NCBI GenBank assembly: GCA_947169185.1
Contig: CAMVOS010000002.1
Coordinates: 14,080 to 78,079, forward strand
Source: an uncultured Prevotella sp.
GTDB lineage: Bacteria; Bacteroidota; Bacteroidia; Bacteroidales; Bacteroidaceae
Direction of reading: 5' to 3'
Length of the DNA: 64,000 bases
The notes beneath the pieces were generated by a model. That model was not told the DNA's origin, did not search any database, and saw nothing but the letters and a program-made list of their open reading frames with translations. How positions within the stretch are numbered: position 1 is the stretch's first letter; the number at the start of each line of letters is the position of its first letter. Shown one piece after another: positions 56,285 to 64,000 of the stretch. Made by a program: the position numbers and the translations under genes.

Positions 56285-57780
56285 TTCTTCTTTCCTGTTA
56301 TATTGTCTACGGCTTCGCGAGCCTCATCGTTCAGGTTGATGTTGCGGTTCACCTTAGCATCAATTGTACCTGCACGCATGATGTCAGCCATATCGACACC
56401 CGTTGCTGACTTCAGTACGTCGAACGCCTGTTTGATGGCAACGGGTACGCCGCCGCTCATCGAAGCGACACCAGCACCCGTCTCCTGACCACCGCTGTAG
56501 ACATGGACATCCTTGATAGCCGAGATGGGCTTGGCGACATTCTCTACCACCTGAGGCAATACCTCGATCATCATCTGCATCACGGCAGCATTGTTATACT
56601 TCTTGTAGGCCTCGGCCTTCTTGTCCATAGCCTGTGCCTCAGCCTCACCCTTCTTCTGAATGGCGTAAGCCTCGGCCTCACCCTTCGCCTTGATACCGGC
56701 AGCTTCCTGCTCTAAGCGGTAGCGGACAGCATCCGACTCGGCATTCTGAGCCAGTGCGCGCTGTTCGGCTTCGTACTTCTGGGCTTCAGCCACACGCTTG
56801 CGCTGTTCCAAGTCGGCAGCAGCATCCCGCTCTACCTTATACTTATCGGCATCGGCTTTCTTCTCCACCTCAGCAGCCAACTGGTTCTGGCGAATCTCAA
56901 TCTGTTCCTTCGACAGAATCTGCTCGCGCTTGGTCTTCTCAATCTCAGCCTCGACAGTCTTGATATTGATGGTCTTCTGCTGTTCCTGTTGCTGGATGGC
57001 ATAGGCTGCATCGGCATCAGCCTGGGCGGTATCGGCTTGTTGTTTCAGGGCCGCACGCTTCAGGGCCAACTCGTTGTTCTTGATGGCGATAGCTGTATCG
57101 GCATCCACGCGGGCATCGTTGGCATCCTTGTCTGCCTTCGACACCTCAATCTTCACGTCGCGCTCGGCAATGGCACGGTTGATGGAGGCATCCTTCTTAA
57201 TCTTGGCGGTATTGTCGGCACCGAGGTCCTTGATAAGGCCTTCCTTATCCGTCACGTTCTGGATGTTGCACGAAATGATTTCGATACCCAATTTTGCCAT
57301 ATCAGGCTGTGCTTTGGTCATTACTTGGTCAGAGAATCCGTCACGGTCGGTATTCAGCGAACGCAGGTCCAGCGTACCAATGATTTCACGCATGTTACCT
57401 TGCAATGAGTCCTGCAACTGTTCGGCTATCTCGTTGGGCATCATATTCAGGAAGTTCTTGGCAGCCAGACGTGTACCCTCATTATTAGGCATCACACGAA
57501 TCTTGGCGACAGCATCCACATCGACGTTGATGAAGTCGGTAGTGGGCACGCTCTCCTCCGTCTTGATATCAACGGTAATCTGACCCAAGTAGACGCGGTC
57601 CAAGCGCTCGAAGAATGGAATGCGGAAACCACCCGAGCCAATCAGTACACGCGGCTCCTTCGAAAGACCGGAGATGATAAAAGCCGATGAGGGGGGAGCC
57701 TTCACGTACGAAATAAAGAGGAATAACACCAGCAGCAAGATGCCGCCACCGATCAAAGCATACATTGTAATTGGATCCAT
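56281..57780 (-). CDS. Flotillin-like SPFH domain protein
   Basis: N-terminal TM helix, SPFH domain (LQGNMREIIG), and long Ala/Glu-rich coiled coil with AEA repeats. Confidence 0.92.
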   Translation of the reverse strand: MDPITMYALIGGGILLLVLFLFISYVKAPPSSAFIISGLSKEPRVLIGSGGFRIPFFERLDRVYLGQITVDIKTEESVPTTDFINVDVDAVAKIRVMPNNEGTRLAAKNFLNMMPNEIAEQLQDSLQGNMREIIGTLDLRSLNTDRDGFSDQVMTKAQPDMAKLGIEIISCNIQNVTDKEGLIKDLGADNTAKIKKDASINRAIAERDVKIEVSKADKDANDARVDADTAIAIKNNELALKRAALKQQADTAQADADAAYAIQQQEQQKTINIKTVEAEIEKTKREQILSKEQIEIRQNQLAAEVEKKADADKYKVERDAAADLEQRKRVAEAQKYEAEQRALAQNAESDAVRYRLEQEAAGIKAKGEAEAYAIQKKGEAEAQAMDKKAEAYKKYNNAAVMQMMIEVLPQVVENVAKPISAIKDVHVYSGGQETGAGVASMSGGVPVAIKQAFDVLKSATGVDMADIMRAGTIDAKVNRNINLNDEAREAVDNITGKKK

Positions 57781-57805
57781 AATTGAAACAGTTTAAGGGT
57801 TACTT

Positions 57806-57880
57806 TGCTGCAAGGCTCGCGCAAACTGAGCGCAATGGAGCTTGCTCCAATTGCCGAGGCGCAGCCGAGTCTCGCACGCT
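57806..57880. repeat. REP-like palindromic leader element
   Basis: Nested imperfect palindromes around GCAATGGAGC-TT-GCTCCAATTGC, with outer arms GGCTCG and CGAGTC. Confidence 0.5.
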
Positions 57881-57885
57881 TTCAC

Positions 57886-57938
57886 GTGCAAAGGTACGAA
57901 TAAGTGAGCAAAAAAACAAATAAATTTGATTTTTTTCG
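57886..57938 (-). repeat. Promoter-bearing dispersed repeat, copy 1
   Basis: Reverse complement reads approximately CGAAAAAAATCAAATTTATTTGTTTTTTTGCTCACTTATTCGTACCTTTGCAC, similar to 61596-61648. Confidence 0.7.
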
Positions 57939-58217
57939 TTCGCAACGCCATACTCATACCTTTAGGTGTGAGAACGAGAGTGCCTTCGACAATAGATCAA
58001 GGGTGGACCAAGTCAATCAATGAATAAATGAAAATAACTAAAAGTATCACTTTTTATCCTAAAATACGAAATCATAGTGACTTGTAATAGTGATGGTATG
58101 CCTAAAAGCATCACTTTTTGAGGTGATTTGATGAGATTTTCCGTAAAAGTCTTGCAAATCAGCCCAATAATTTGTATCTTTGTGGTCCGAAAGTTAACAA
58201 TACAAATCAGCAAAAAC

Positions 58218-58355
58218 ATGAAGATCACAATTATCACCTTTACTGTCTACAAGAATACGGGCATGGAGTTGGGACACAGGTTGTCTGCCATGGGTTATAA
58301 GTACCACAAGCTGAACAGCGGAGCGGCTTATAGGATGATTGAGAAGGCTCCTTAG
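58218..58355 (+). pseudogene. 45-aa ORF, possibly an internally deleted VapE/BT4734-type gene
   Basis: MKITIITFTVYKNTGMELGHRLSAMGYKYHKLNSGAAYRMIEKAP, preceded by TATCTTTG at 58175-58182. The LGxxLxxxGY...GxAY C-terminus resembles DUF3874-type tails (from memory). Confidence 0.45.
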
Positions 58356-58359
58356 ACAG

Positions 58360-58449
58360 CAAAACAAGTTGTTTTGGTATCGTAGAAGGCCTTTCTTTCA
58401 CCGTAAAGTACCATTCCTACACCACCAAAACAACTTGTTTTGGTATCGT
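58360..58449. repeat. Hairpin element with palindromic ends
   Basis: CAAAACAAGTTGTTTTGGT ... ACCAAAACAACTTGTTTTG form an inverted pair, and each end is itself palindromic. Confidence 0.75.
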
Positions 58450-58589
58450 GATGCTTAGTGACACTTTTGTTAGAAGCATCACCTTGCCTAATAAGCTAAT
58501 AATAAATAAGTTAAAGGCAAAAGTGACACTTTCATAAAAAATAGCATAAAGAAAATGGCAGTACATATTAAGTTGATCAAGAACAATAG

Positions 58590-58892
58590 TCATGCTATCT
58601 CGAAGATATTCTGGAATCCGCTTATGCGGAATATATCGGCAACATCCTCATTAAGGTGCGTTATGCGGATGGTACCACCTTGTGTTTCGCTGGCTCGCTT
58701 CAATTGCATGAAGAAGCGCAGACCGGCAGATGAGATGTACTCCAGTTCGGAACAGTCTATTTCCAGCACCTTGTCGGCCATTTTTACTACTTCGTCCAAT
58801 TCACCAGCCTGTTCTGTTGTTGCTGTCGAATCCAGTTCACCAATCAGGCATACCCGTATGTTTTGGTTGTCAGGAATAATGTTAACAGTCAT
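58590..58892 (-). CDS. STAS domain anti-sigma factor antagonist
   Basis: Motifs LIGELDS, IDCSELEYISSAGLR and IFRISGF. Confidence 0.93.
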   Translation of the reverse strand: MTVNIIPDNQNIRVCLIGELDSTATTEQAGELDEVVKMADKVLEIDCSELEYISSAGLRFFMQLKRASETQGGTIRITHLNEDVADIFRISGFQNIFEIA

Positions 58893-58897
58893 AAAAA

Positions 58898-60919
58898 TTA
58901 TAAGTACTTGATAATTGTCAGTTGATTTCTCTCATCCGTGCGCTGATAGTGCTGTTCGTCCATAATCTGCCTTAGCAGGCTGATACCCAAACCTCCTATC
59001 TGTCGTTCTTCAATGACCTTTGCCGTGTCGCATTCACTACTCGTTGGGTCAAAGGGCACGCCATTGTCCGTCAGCGTAATGTTGAGCGTTGAACGTTGAG
59101 CGTTGAGCGTTGAACGTTGGATATTCAACTCAATCTCCGTCGCATGTGAATAGCTGATGATATTGACCACAGCTTCCTCAAGGGCTATTTCCAGTTTCTT
59201 GAGTGTATGTTTCTCTATGCCGGTGCATACCCCGTACTCATGCAAAGTACGACGAAGCGACGGCCACTGTTCTAGGTGGTTAGGCACACACACCGAAACA
59301 GGTTGCGCTGTACTCTTTTTCCGGATGGTCATGAGCGTAATGTCATCAGTAGGCTCAGCCTCGCCGATATAGCGTTTCACAGCTCCCAGCAGGTTGTCGT
59401 CATGTGTCACGATTTCCAACCATTTCTCCTGGCCCATCATCTTCCGCTCTGTATTACGTGCCTCGGTCACACCGTCAGTATAGAGCACAAGCTTCTCGTC
59501 CATGTCGAGCATACACCCTTCTTCCACATACTTAAACGTTTTTTCGTAGCCCAGGGGAATGTTGGGAACCATATTGATGATTCTGACGCTGTGATCTGAA
59601 CTTTTCACCAAAGGAGGCATGTGTGCAGCATTACAAAAGAGCAACTGTCCGCTGGGGATATGCAGGCGTCCGATGAATGCCGTCACGAAAGTGAGCGTAG
59701 GATTGTTATCGCTCAGCACGGCGTTCATCTCTTCCATGATGGCCTTGGGCGATGTCTGGTGTCCTAATGCCGAACGAAACAGGTTGACGGCAGCCGACAT
59801 GAACATCGTTGCCGGTACGCCCTTTCCGCTTACGTCGCCGATGATGAACCACAGGTAATCTCCCTGACGGCAGAAATCATACAGGTCGCTACCCACTTCG
59901 CGCATCGGTATCAGGTCGGCATACACCGTGATGGACTCGTCTTGCGGGAAATCATGACGCAGAATGCCCATCTGAATGCCATTAGCAATATGCAATTCGT
60001 GGTCCATCTCCTTTTTCTCGGTTTCCAGGCGTGCATTCTCCTGCTGGTCGCGCAACATGCGGCGAATCAGGACACCAATCACCAGAATACTAAGCACTAA
60101 GACAATGAGTGACCATAGGATTCTCCACAGGATACTCTTCCAGATATGCCATTGTGGAACAGCAATCGCCATCTCTATATCTATCCATTCAAATGTCTGA
60201 CGCGACACAATCCAATCGTCTTCGGACAGATGCTCGGTGTCATATCCCGCATGGTTGTCACTCGACGTCAGCACCGTCCCGTCGGAACTGTAGATGACAC
60301 AGACTGCTTCGTCAATGAGCTTGAACTGCTCCAGCAACTGTTGCATCCACTCCAGACTGAAATCAACGTTGATAACGCAAATCAGGTTGCCCGCATTGTC
60401 CACGAAATTGTCAGAATAGGTAAATATGGTCTTGTCGATGACATGACTCCAGTATGGCTTGCCCCAATAGCCTTTATCGCCACTCTTCAACGCACCTTTA
60501 TACCACTCCCGCTGGAAATAGTCGAAGTCTGTGCCGCCCGTTACCGTCGTGATAATGCTGTCATTAAGCCGATACGAACACGGGCTGAACCACTTGCCTT
60601 TCACGGGATAGAAATTTTCCGGAAAACTGACACCTACCGTGTAGCAGCTCGGATAGCGCTTCAACAGGTCGCGGGTGCCTTTGAGCATGTTGTCCGGCTG
60701 CGACACGTTGTCTGCCACGACATGTTTCATCTGCTCAACCACTTCGTAGGCGTCGTACAGTTCGAACAGCACCTTCTCGTGCGCAATCTGCGTCTTCAAG
60801 TCAATGTTTTCCTGGACTTGGCGCACGGCCTGCCTATACGACATCACGAACTGCACCACTAAGCCAATGATGAGGAACAGTGCTGCAAATATGGGGATGT
60901 ATCTGTATCTGCACCGCAT
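58898..60919 (-). CDS. dCache sensor - SpoIIE/PP2C phosphatase - RsbW-like HATPase fusion (start uncertain)
   Basis: TM helix, Cache motifs (EWYKGA, WGKPY), TM helix, PP2C motifs (EVGSDLYD, GDVSGKG, LYTDGVTEA, DDIT), and HATPase motifs (ALEEAVVNII, DNGVPFDP, GGLGISL). Nearest in-frame ATG is 60919; the ORF track uses 60955. Confidence 0.85.
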   Translation of the reverse strand: MRCRYRYIPIFAALFLIIGLVVQFVMSYRQAVRQVQENIDLKTQIAHEKVLFELYDAYEVVEQMKHVVADNVSQPDNMLKGTRDLLKRYPSCYTVGVSFPENFYPVKGKWFSPCSYRLNDSIITTVTGGTDFDYFQREWYKGALKSGDKGYWGKPYWSHVIDKTIFTYSDNFVDNAGNLICVINVDFSLEWMQQLLEQFKLIDEAVCVIYSSDGTVLTSSDNHAGYDTEHLSEDDWIVSRQTFEWIDIEMAIAVPQWHIWKSILWRILWSLIVLVLSILVIGVLIRRMLRDQQENARLETEKKEMDHELHIANGIQMGILRHDFPQDESITVYADLIPMREVGSDLYDFCRQGDYLWFIIGDVSGKGVPATMFMSAAVNLFRSALGHQTSPKAIMEEMNAVLSDNNPTLTFVTAFIGRLHIPSGQLLFCNAAHMPPLVKSSDHSVRIINMVPNIPLGYEKTFKYVEEGCMLDMDEKLVLYTDGVTEARNTERKMMGQEKWLEIVTHDDNLLGAVKRYIGEAEPTDDITLMTIRKKSTAQPVSVCVPNHLEQWPSLRRTLHEYGVCTGIEKHTLKKLEIALEEAVVNIISYSHATEIELNIQRSTLNAQRSTLNITLTDNGVPFDPTSSECDTAKVIEERQIGGLGISLLRQIMDEQHYQRTDERNQLTIIKYL

Positions 60920-61376
60920 ACACCATGGGCAGATACAGCTTCGACGGTGCAACATTCAGCTTCCTTGCCCACCGCTTCAGCACGTTGCCGAAGAGCATAG
61001 TCAGCATCGTGTTGCTGAGGAAGGCGCTCAACGCTGCCACTGGCACCATCATGCGCAGCAGCGCCGTCGAATAACGGTCGGGAAGTCCGAACACATGTTT
61101 CATAATCCATTGCAGTACGCCGGTATAGCGCAGTCCCGCCATCACCACGCCCAGAACGCCCGTGACAACCACCGTACCCGCACTGAAGCCCGAGCACATC
61201 TCCTTGGCATCCAGCATACCTACGGCGAATAGTACGCCAATGGCGATAAGCATGACGGCATCGGTGCGTATCTTCGTAAACAGCATGACACCGATTATCG
61301 TTATCACCGTGGCTATGGTAATCCAGGCGTCCGTACCGAGGCCCCACAACAATATGATGTCGCTTTCAAGTCCCAT
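60834..61376 (-). pseudogene. N-terminal fragment of an SLC13/TrkA-C permease, out of frame with the downstream phosphatase gene
   Basis: AWITIAT...SGFS...SAFLSNT...PSKLYLPMVYA matches an SLC13 N-terminus; similarity stops at about 60915. Confidence 0.75.
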
Positions 61377-61595
61377 TTGTCAGTATCTATTCAATAGTCT
61401 TTATCTATGTTGTTTTAAATTAGCGTTTTTAGCTTTTATTCTGCAAAGGTATAAAAAAATAGCTATTACAATAGCACAGACAATATTTTTTTTGATTTCA
61501 ACAAAAAATCAATGATATTCCTATAAATTCGGTAGTAAAAAATCACCCTTTCGGATTTTTTTCGTATCTTTTCGTTCCGAGAAATTACTTCCACT

Positions 61596-61648
61596 CGAAA
61601 AAACTCAAATAAATTTGGTTTTTTACTCGCTTATTCGTAACTTTGCGC
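61596..61648 (+). repeat. Promoter-bearing dispersed repeat, copy 2 (rnr promoter)
   Basis: CGAAAAAACTCAAATAAATTTGGTTTTTTACTCGCTTATTCGTAACTTTGCGC ends in a TAACTTTG box. Confidence 0.7.
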
Positions 61649-61674
61649 TGGGAAACTATTAAACACGTAATACT

Positions 61675-63810
61675 ATGAGCAAGAAAAAAGGTGGAAAACG
61701 ACTGAACAAGCGCATGCTGCAGGAGATGTTGCAAACGCTGTTCCAACAGAATCCTAACGAGACATTCTCGTTTAAACAGGTGTTCAAGGCACTGAAGTTG
61801 GATACGCATCCCACGAAGATGATGGCTGTCGACCTGATGGAGGAGATGGCATGGGATGATTTTCTCTCGAAGGTCTCGGACAACTCGTATCGTCTGAATC
61901 TGAAGACGCAGGTACAGGAGGGTACATTCATCCGTAAGGCCAATGGTAAGAACTCGTTCCAGCCTGATGATGGAGGCACACCAGTATTCGTATCAGAGCG
62001 CAACTCGCTGTTTGCCATGAATGGCGACCGTGTGAAGGTGGCCTATATGGCGCGCAGAGAAAAGCATATCAAGGAAGCAATGGTGGTCGAGATTCTCAGT
62101 CATAAGCGCGACCAAGCTGTTGGTAAGCTGAAGGTTGAGAAGGACTATGCCTTCCTCGTGACTGAGGGCAACATCTTTGTGCATGACGTGCTGATACCTA
62201 AGAAGAAACTGAAGGGTGGCAAAACGGGCGATAAAGCCGTTGTCAAGATTACGCAGTGGCCGTCTAAGGACTCGAAGAATATCGTGGGTGAGGTTATTGA
62301 CATTCTGGGTAAGGAAGGCGATAACAACGTGGAGATGCACGCTATCCTGGCTCAGTATGGGTTGCCTTACAAGTATCCGAAGGCTGTCGAGGATGCTGCC
62401 GAAAAGATTGATCCAGGTATTACGGAGCAGGAGATTAAGCGTCGCGAGGACTTCCGTGATGTGTGGACTTGTACCATCGACCCCAAAGATGCCAAGGACT
62501 TCGATGATGCGTTGTCAATTCGCAAGCAGGGCAAACTGTGGGAGGTCGGCGTTCATATCGCTGATGTCAGCCACTATGTGAAGGAGGGTTCCGTCATTGA
62601 CAAGGAGGCCACGAAGCGTGCCACCAGTGTCTATCTCGTCGACCGTACCATCCCGATGTTGCCAGAACGCCTGTGTAACTTCATCTGCTCGTTGCGTCCT
62701 GATGAAGAAAAACTGTGCTATAGCGTTATCTTCCATTTGGATGATGAGGCCAACGTCAAAGACTATCATATTGCCCATACCGTTATCAAGAGTAATAGGA
62801 GATACGCGTACGAAGAAGTTCAGGATATTCTGATGGGTAAGGATGGCGACTACGCTACAGAACTGCGCACGCTGGATCAATTGGCCAAGTGCCTGCGCGA
62901 ACGTCGTTTCAAAGGCGGTGCTGTGAAGTTCGATCGTGAGGAGCTACACTTCGATATCGACGAAAAAGGCAAGCCCATCCGTGCCTACTTTAAGAAGTCG
63001 AACGATGCCACCCAACTCATCGAGGAGTTTATGCTGCTGGCCAACCGTACCGTTGCCGAGAGTATCGGTAGGGTAAAGAAGGGCGTGAAGGCCAAGACGT
63101 TGCCCTATCGTATTCACGACCAGCCCGATCCCACTAAGTTGGAGACCCTGCGCGAGTTTGTAGTGAAGTTTGGCTATAAGATGAAGACCAGTGGTACGAA
63201 GGGTGCTATCTCTAAGTCGCTGAACGCACTGATGGACGGCTGTCAGGGCAAGAAGGAACAGAAGCTCATCGAGACAGTGGCGCTGCGTGCGATGATGAAG
63301 GCGAAGTATTCGACACACAATATCGGACACTACGGATTGGCCTTTGAGTATTATACGCATTTCACGTCACCCATCCGTCGTTACCCCGATACGATGGTAC
63401 ACCGTCTGCTGACCAAATATCAGGATGGTGCTCGTTCGGCTAATCAGCAGAAGTATGAAGAGCTGTGTGAACACTGTTCGGACATGGAACAGACCGCCCA
63501 GATGGCTGAGCGCGACTCGATCAAGTATAAGATGGTGGAGTTTATGGAGGACAAGATTGGCAACGAGTACGATGCCCACATCTCTGGTATTCAGTCGTAT
63601 GGCATCTATTGCGAGATAGACGAGAACCATTGCGAGGGCATGGTACCAATGCGTGACTTGGATGACGACTACTACGACTTTGACGAGCGCAACTACTGCC
63701 TTGTGGGACGTCGTCACCATCATAAGTACCAGTTGGGCGACCCCATCCGTATCAAGGTGGCGCGTGCTAACCTCGAAAAACGTCAGTTGGACTTTGCGTT
63801 AGCAGATTAA
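61675..63810 (+). CDS. rnr: Ribonuclease R
   Basis: Motifs TIDPKDAKDFDDALS, VHIADVSHYV, YTHFTSPIRRYPD and a C-terminal S1 domain. Confidence 0.97.
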   Translation: MSKKKGGKRLNKRMLQEMLQTLFQQNPNETFSFKQVFKALKLDTHPTKMMAVDLMEEMAWDDFLSKVSDNSYRLNLKTQVQEGTFIRKANGKNSFQPDDGGTPVFVSERNSLFAMNGDRVKVAYMARREKHIKEAMVVEILSHKRDQAVGKLKVEKDYAFLVTEGNIFVHDVLIPKKKLKGGKTGDKAVVKITQWPSKDSKNIVGEVIDILGKEGDNNVEMHAILAQYGLPYKYPKAVEDAAEKIDPGITEQEIKRREDFRDVWTCTIDPKDAKDFDDALSIRKQGKLWEVGVHIADVSHYVKEGSVIDKEATKRATSVYLVDRTIPMLPERLCNFICSLRPDEEKLCYSVIFHLDDEANVKDYHIAHTVIKSNRRYAYEEVQDILMGKDGDYATELRTLDQLAKCLRERRFKGGAVKFDREELHFDIDEKGKPIRAYFKKSNDATQLIEEFMLLANRTVAESIGRVKKGVKAKTLPYRIHDQPDPTKLETLREFVVKFGYKMKTSGTKGAISKSLNALMDGCQGKKEQKLIETVALRAMMKAKYSTHNIGHYGLAFEYYTHFTSPIRRYPDTMVHRLLTKYQDGARSANQQKYEELCEHCSDMEQTAQMAERDSIKYKMVEFMEDKIGNEYDAHISGIQSYGIYCEIDENHCEGMVPMRDLDDDYYDFDERNYCLVGRRHHHKYQLGDPIRIKVARANLEKRQLDFALAD

Positions 63811-63830
63811 TGAGTCAAGCACGAAAAACT

Positions 63831-63861
63831 GAGCCTACTTTTGGTGGGCTCGTTTTTTTTT
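63831..63861 (+). terminator. Intrinsic terminator after rnr
   Basis: GAGCCTACT-TTT-GGTGGGCTC followed by a T-tract. Confidence 0.8.
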
Positions 63862-63902
63862 ATTAATTTTGCACCCGATTTCGAAATACATAAGGTATAC
63901 CA

Positions 63903-64000
63903 ATGAATATAGAAGCATTGATTAGCAAGGCTGCGGGTGATGCCGTAAAGGCTCTCTATGGTATGGACGCCACAGAAAAGATGCTGCAGCTGCAGAAGAC
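63903..64000 (+). CDS. argS: Arginine--tRNA ligase, 5' end only
   Basis: MNIEALISKAAGDAVKALYGMDATEKMLQLQK resembles the Bacteroidales ArgS N-terminus; only 32 complete codons are visible. Confidence 0.65.
   Translation, partial: MNIEALISKAAGDAVKALYGMDATEKMLQLQK

Larger units (their letters stand above)
58040..58535. mobile_element. Second miniature element, with inverted arms built from AGYRTCACY motifs
   Basis: Left motifs at 58043, 58089 (inverted) and 58107; right motifs at 58448, 58457, 58475 and 58522. Spacing matches the 14.4-kb element. Mobility is inferred. Confidence 0.5.

Noticed and set aside
1-64000. tRNA, rRNA, IS transposase or prophage genes
   Set aside because: None recognised by eye; tRNAscan-SE and an ISfinder search would be needed to exclude them formally.

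Overview
Chromosomal window from a Bacteroidota genome, most likely Prevotellaceae (TAnnTTTG promoter boxes, Prevotella-type T9SS C-terminal domain, Bacteroidales gene order). From left to right it holds: (1) housekeeping genes (AsnC/Lrp regulator, O-methyltransferase, aroQ, xerD); (2) an accessory block at about 2.6-14.9 kb with an unannotated 49-aa YxxP peptide, a fimbrillin-like lipoprotein and a 3405-aa T9SS cargo protein, bordered by repeat-rich non-coding DNA; (3) a DUF3737-patB-OPT-GH28-GH43 operon; (4) miaB and a cell-envelope glycan/LPS locus of about 30 kb containing msbA, lpxL, two LTA-synthase-like transferases, many glycosyltransferases, a phosphonate (2-hydroxyethylphosphonate) cassette, amino-dideoxyhexose genes and a lipid-carrier GT87 module; (5) licC-like, HIT, greA, a candidate sRNA, PAP2, SDR and flotillin genes; (6) a broken SLC13/Cache-PP2C-anti-sigma partner-switching module, rnr and the start of argS. 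The most unusual signal is a pair of roughly 500-bp elements (14355-14897 and 58040-58535). Both have inverted arms with the same motif geometry (46-48 bp and 18 bp spacings) but different motif sequences, and both enclose a short reading frame resembling a remnant of a VapE-type primase/helicase gene. No rRNA, tRNA or CRISPR array was seen. All family assignments come from motif recognition by eye, not from database searches.
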